A stretch of DNA of 63,168 nt from Eledone cirrhosa (Eukaryota), in the NCBI GenBank assembly GCA_964016885.1, contig CAXHJY010000714.1:1-63168 (forward strand). The letters are read 5' to 3'. The notes beneath the pieces are model-generated. The model saw only the letters and a program-made list of their open reading frames with translations, was not told the DNA's origin and searched no databases. Both the position numbers and the translations under genes were made by a program. This document shows, piece after piece, positions 61,575-63,168 of this stretch; position 1 is the first letter of the stretch; each line of letters begins with the position of its first letter.

Positions 61575-63168
61575 TACAAACATATGTGCTAAACACACCC
61601 ATTAAGAACTATAAACAAATCTAAGAGCAGAATCCCTAGAAATAGAAAAACGCTCATCAGAAAAATTAAGAGAACGAACAAAAAAATCAACAATCTGAAA
61701 TACTGTCAGCAGCAACACATCAACTTGACTGCCATTTCATCACTAGAGATTAAAAAACATAACCTCCAAAACAACATAATGTCCCTCATCAACAATCAGA
61801 GAAGAGCTGAAGAGGCCTGGGCCATTGAGAAGATCAAACTCAATCCCAAAGTGTTCTTTTCATTTGCAAAAAAACACAAAATCACTGGCTCTACTGTTGG
61901 CCCTCTAATTGATGAAAATGGCACTCTTCAAGACAATGCTAAAACCATGGGTGAGATACTGCAGAAACAATACTGCTCTGTTTTCAGCAATCCTGATATG
62001 GCCGATCTGGGCTGTATCGGCGATGTTACTCCCCATTACACCTTATCGGACATAACGTTTGGCGCCCCTGATGTCTTGGCGGCAATAAAGGAAATCAAGC
62101 ATAATTCAGCAGTAGGTCCCGATAGGTTCCCTGCTTGTGTCTTGAAGGCGTGTCAACACCAACTTGCTTCTCCTCTTGCCAATCTGTGGCGGAACTCACT
62201 GGATGCTGGATATGTGCCAGAAAACCTTCTATCCCAGTCTGTTGTCCCAGTTTTCAAAAAGGGAAACAAATCCCTTGCCGTGAATTACCGTCCAATCTCA
62301 CTCACCTCTCATATCATTAAGGTATTTGAGCGAGTGGTGAGATCGCGAATGACCCACTTCCTTGAGAGTAACAATATGCTGAACTCCAACCAGCATGGAT
62401 TCCGTAATGGAAGGGATTGCCTGACGCAACTACTGCATCACTTTGATGACATTTTGAGAGCCTTGGGAGAGGGTTCCAACACTGATGTTATCTACCTTGA
62501 TTTCAGCAAGGCCTTTGACAGGGTTGATCATAACATTCTACTGAGAAAGCTGTCCAATATTGGTGTCACTGGAAAGCTGCTGCAGTGGATCAAGAGCTTC
62601 CTGTCAAACAGAACCCAACATGTTGTAGTTGAGGGAGTCAAATCAAGCCCAGCCAAAGTCAGTAGTGGAGTCCCACAAGGCACTGTGTTGGGCCCACTTC
62701 TCTTCATCATCTATATTAATGACATCACTGACATCATCAAACACAGCAACATTAAAATTTTCGCTGATGATTCCAAGCTCCAAAAGGTCATCAATGGCGT
62801 GGATGACCGGATAAGCCTTCAGTCAGACCTACTGGCTGTTACCCAATGGGCAGAAAAGAACAACATGTTACTGAACGAAGACAAATTCGAACTGATCCAC
62901 TTTGGAAAAGAGGATGCTCTGAAACTCCCGTACTCCCTTCCCTCCGGGGAAACTCTCGTGGCATCTAACAACATCAGAGACTTGGGAGTAACGAGACTTG
63001 GGAGTAACCGTGGACAGCAACATAAGCTGGACCACGCATATAAGCAGCAAAGTTGACATGGCCCGCAGAATGTGTTCCTGGATCCTCAGAACCTTCCAGT
63101 CGAGAGATTCCCGCACCATTATCCTTCTCTTCTCTACTTTCGCCCGACCACACCTTGAATACTGTTGT
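61575..63168 (+). mobile_element. CR1-type non-LTR retrotransposon, 5'-truncated, running off the window end
   Basis: RT ORF begins directly after microsatellite; coding similarity continues to the window end (WTTHI...ILRTF...RPHLEYCC). Confidence 0.9.
61725..63056 (+). pseudogene. Non-LTR reverse transcriptase, frameshifted after the RT core
   Basis: NYRPISLTS, QHGFRNGR, YLDFSKAFDRVDH, GVPQGTVLGPLLF, FADD; a 16-bp duplication at 62977-63008 shifts the frame. Confidence 0.9.

Overview
AT-rich, repeat-saturated animal genomic DNA. The SINE, LINE and microsatellite make-up suggests a cephalopod such as Octopus, but that is inference. About half of the window is (TA)n/(TG)n/(TATG)n/(AAC)n/(CAT)n/(CTA)n simple repeat, and nearly all long ORFs in the track are translation artefacts of it. 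I found no intact host gene. The real coding remnants are all retroelements: a CRE-type restriction-like-endonuclease fragment (12.1-12.7 kb), Penelope-like (PLE) GIY-YIG fragments (27.2-28.1 and 55.6-56.8 kb, plus 3'-end-only copies), three Tx1/L1-clade 3' fragments (39.5, 46.1 and 47.1 kb), four RTE 3' fragments and a CR1-type RT (61.6 kb to the end). There are also many tRNA-derived SINEs and a bipartite non-autonomous RTE derivative (3 copies). The main unexplained signal is non-coding. By eye I find about a dozen type-I hammerhead ribozyme motifs (stem I-CUGANGA-stem II-GAAA-minimal, often palindromic, stem III-NUH) from several unrelated sequence families, most of them embedded in (TA)n microsatellite. 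They occur in several settings: as head-to-head fold-back palindromes with a hammerhead on each strand, as a discrete ~166-bp two-copy element, in a tandem-repeat unit next to an octamer motif, as a variant with a ~115-nt stem II, and in the 3' UTR of the PLEs. This looks like a population of PLE-derived or retrozyme-like small ribozyme elements that target microsatellites. All calls come from manual reading, with no database searches or folding programs.
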